A stretch of 63,909 nt of DNA, the filler included, from Stramenopiles sp. TOSAG23-6 (Eukaryota), in the NCBI GenBank assembly GCA_900128565.1. It is 26 parts of 26 records of this genome, joined end to end, with 100 filler letters (N's around TTAATTAATTAA, not from the genome) between each part and the next. Parts side by side here need not be neighbours in the genome. Positions count along the whole stretch, not along the records: positions 61,565 to 63,909 come from LT638106.1; 25 more parts are not named here. One strand, written 5' to 3'. A program made the translations under genes and the position numbers. Below the pieces are notes generated by a model. That model did no database searches. It saw nothing but the letters and a program-made list of their open reading frames with translations, and was not told the DNA's origin. This document shows positions 61,465-63,909 of the stretch, piece after piece. The number at the start of each line of letters is the position of its first letter. Position 1 is the first letter of the stretch.

Positions 61465-61564
61465 NNNNNNNNNNNNNNNNNNNNNNNNNNNNNNNNNNNN
61501 NNNNNNNNTTAATTAATTAANNNNNNNNNNNNNNNNNNNNNNNNNNNNNNNNNNNNNNNNNNNN

Positions 61565-63909
61565 TACAAAATTTCGTATGAAAAAAAAATTGGAATTTGA
61601 AAAAAAATAAAACATACATTTGCTGCCTGAAACAGTGGATCCGCATCTTCTAAACCTGCTCTTATCCATTGATCAATTGCTTCTGCAGTACATTTTTCTG
61701 GGACGTCTAATAATGATATTATGGAAGCACCCTTAAAATTTACATCCATTTGAGCATCCTGTTCAGAATATTTTTCTGGTTTCATGAAAATGGAGTATAA
61801 AACAGGTTCCTTTATACATTTTGTTGCCCATTCATGTGGAAAGAGTATGGTCCCATTGGGATCTTGGATATAATAACTTCGACATTCAAATATAGAGTCG
61901 ATATTTTTTTGTAGCAATCGCGTTCGAGGAACCCTTTTGATTGTTTCTGGTTTGTCATGTACACCTATTCGTATCAAGTGCATTGCAGCTGGATTATTCT
62001 TTTGTGGATCTTTTACGACTTCTTCCTTTCGGTTGAATTCAGGTTTTTTAAATTCAGGCATTTTTTCTGGTGGAGAGGGTGGGGGTTTATAGTCCATCCC
62101 CTTTGGAGCTGCCATTTTAAAAGAATGTAAACAATTTAAGTTTCTGTGACCTTTGAGTGTAGTACCTATATGTAGAATGCTATTCTTTACAAAATGAAAA
62201 AGAACACGGACGTTGAAATATTTAACGGAAAGAAACTGTCACTTTACTACTACTCAGTATAAATACTTTTTAATTACTACGTAGTAGCGTCCTAACTGTG
62301 GTAGTAGTCCATATTACCGCATGCATCTACTACATATTCAATAGCTCATATTTTGATAATGCAATATTCTTAAAGAGACATGACGTTTTTTGTTTGCATT
62401 GGTGCTTGTTCATTACTTGATTAAGACGAAGACGAAACATCAGCCCTGTTTTATGCAATAGTTTACAATTTTATAATTTTGTGTTGAAGCAAAAGGCTAA
62501 AATAAACAGTCAAATGAGTTACAGGAAAAAAGATAAAAATAATCAAACACAAACTATTTTGACAAAAAAATACACAGTTGGTCACAGAAATCCTTCCAGA
62601 ACTCGAACATATCGACCTGCCAGTGCGCCACTTAGACGATTCAATCCTCAGTCACCTAAAAGAATACAAAAAGATGCTCGAAGCATACACAAAGATGCTC
62701 GAAACATAAGTACAAATAGTCAGTCGCCACGTACACATACACGCAATCGCCCACCAAGACTACTCAAAGGCAATACAAATAGCAGAGTTGCGTGGGCATC
62801 ATCAAACTTTGGTGCAAGAAAATGGAGAGCTTTGAAGGGAAATAGTAGATTTAGTTTTGTAAAAAATGTTCGCAGTCAGTGCTTTCGCCAAAGAGACGGG
62901 TTGAAAAATTTCAAAAACAAACCAGCTACAAAACAAATAGTACAACAGAAGAAATTAGTTGATACATTTGATAACATTTCTCCATCTGCGTCAGGTATTT
63001 CGGATCACTCTGTAGATTTTATGAATTTTGGTGTACAGAGTACTCACCTAACCCCTAACCCTAGAGCGATAGATAAAGATTCATACAATCGTACTCATAT
63101 ACCAGCGAATAGAAAACCGATATTAGTTGTTAAAAATCCCTTGGAAAATATTTCCACCAAAATCAACGACCCAAAAAAGACAATAAATTCCGTGAAATAT
63201 AGTCATAGTACTCATTGCATTAGTACTGAAAATTCGAATGAGACAAAAACCGCTATTGTAGCTCCACCACATTTAATTACAAATGATAACATATGTAGTT
63301 TCATGGATAAAAAAATAGATAATACACAAATCATCATGCCTTCAAAATCAAACTATATACAACATCAACTAAAGCAAAACGAGGTTCAAGAAAATGTAAA
63401 ACGTCAAATACAAATACGTCAATCAATAGAAGAAAACAATTTATTGTGTCAATCAAGCACAAAATATGAAAAACAAGAAAAGAAACGAGTAATTATAAAA
63501 AATACCCATAAAATACGTATAAAAAAGCAACAACGAGAAAAAGAATTGGCAAGTCTACGCGCAATTATTCAACCATTATCATCATCAAAACCGTTTACTG
63601 GTACTGGATCTTTGCATTTTTATAAATTGGGAAAAGTACTTGGTCAAGGTTCATTCGGGTGTGTACGCCTTGCATCCCATAGACTTACAGGTACTAAAGT
63701 TGCAATAAAAACATATGATCGAGATCAATTTCAAAATTGTTCAGTGCAAGCTTGGGCACAAGTTCAACGCGAGTTCCGCCAAGAAGCTGCCATTCTATCG
63801 ACTATAAAACATCGAAGTATCGCAAGATTATATGTTTTATATGAATTTCTAATTTAATTTTTTTTTCATACGAAATTTCGTACCTAACGAATTTTTTTTT
63901 GAAATATTT
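61565..63909. repeat. Duplicate of contig 59120-61464
   Basis: Same sequence and ORFs, offset 2445. Confidence 0.97.

Overview
This is not contiguous DNA. It is 26 short (~2.35 kb) eukaryotic contigs joined by artificial N-TTAATTAATTAA-N linkers, and four of the 26 are repeats of the previous piece. The genes point to an AT-rich, flagellated, probably phagotrophic protist; stramenopile-like is my inference. They include GAS8, IFT56, ARPC3, ARF, RPA1, YIF1, a (6-4) photolyase, AATF, CPSase and kinases. The main signal is a family of ~90-140 nt sequence-related introns (Introner-like), with more than 40 full or partial copies, in the sense orientation of the host gene wherever the host can be read. 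Consensus: GTAYGTTTT..(T-rich)..CGTACGAAATTTYGTACCTAAC..(T-rich)..GAAATATTTTTYCAMAATACAT. Manual splicing restores conserved reading frames when the introns end at a fixed position that is usually AT, sometimes TT, and only rarely AG, so most are non-canonical GT-AT introns. The best case is a CaMKK-like kinase with 12 such introns in 2.4 kb. The introns have short GTAT/ATAC inverted ends, 2-6 nt direct repeats at the junctions, and a palindrome fused to the branch point. A nearby AG is skipped in some copies, one pair sits back-to-back with a zero-length exon, and ordinary GT-AG introns coexist with them. All splice junctions are inferred from reading frames, not from RNA.
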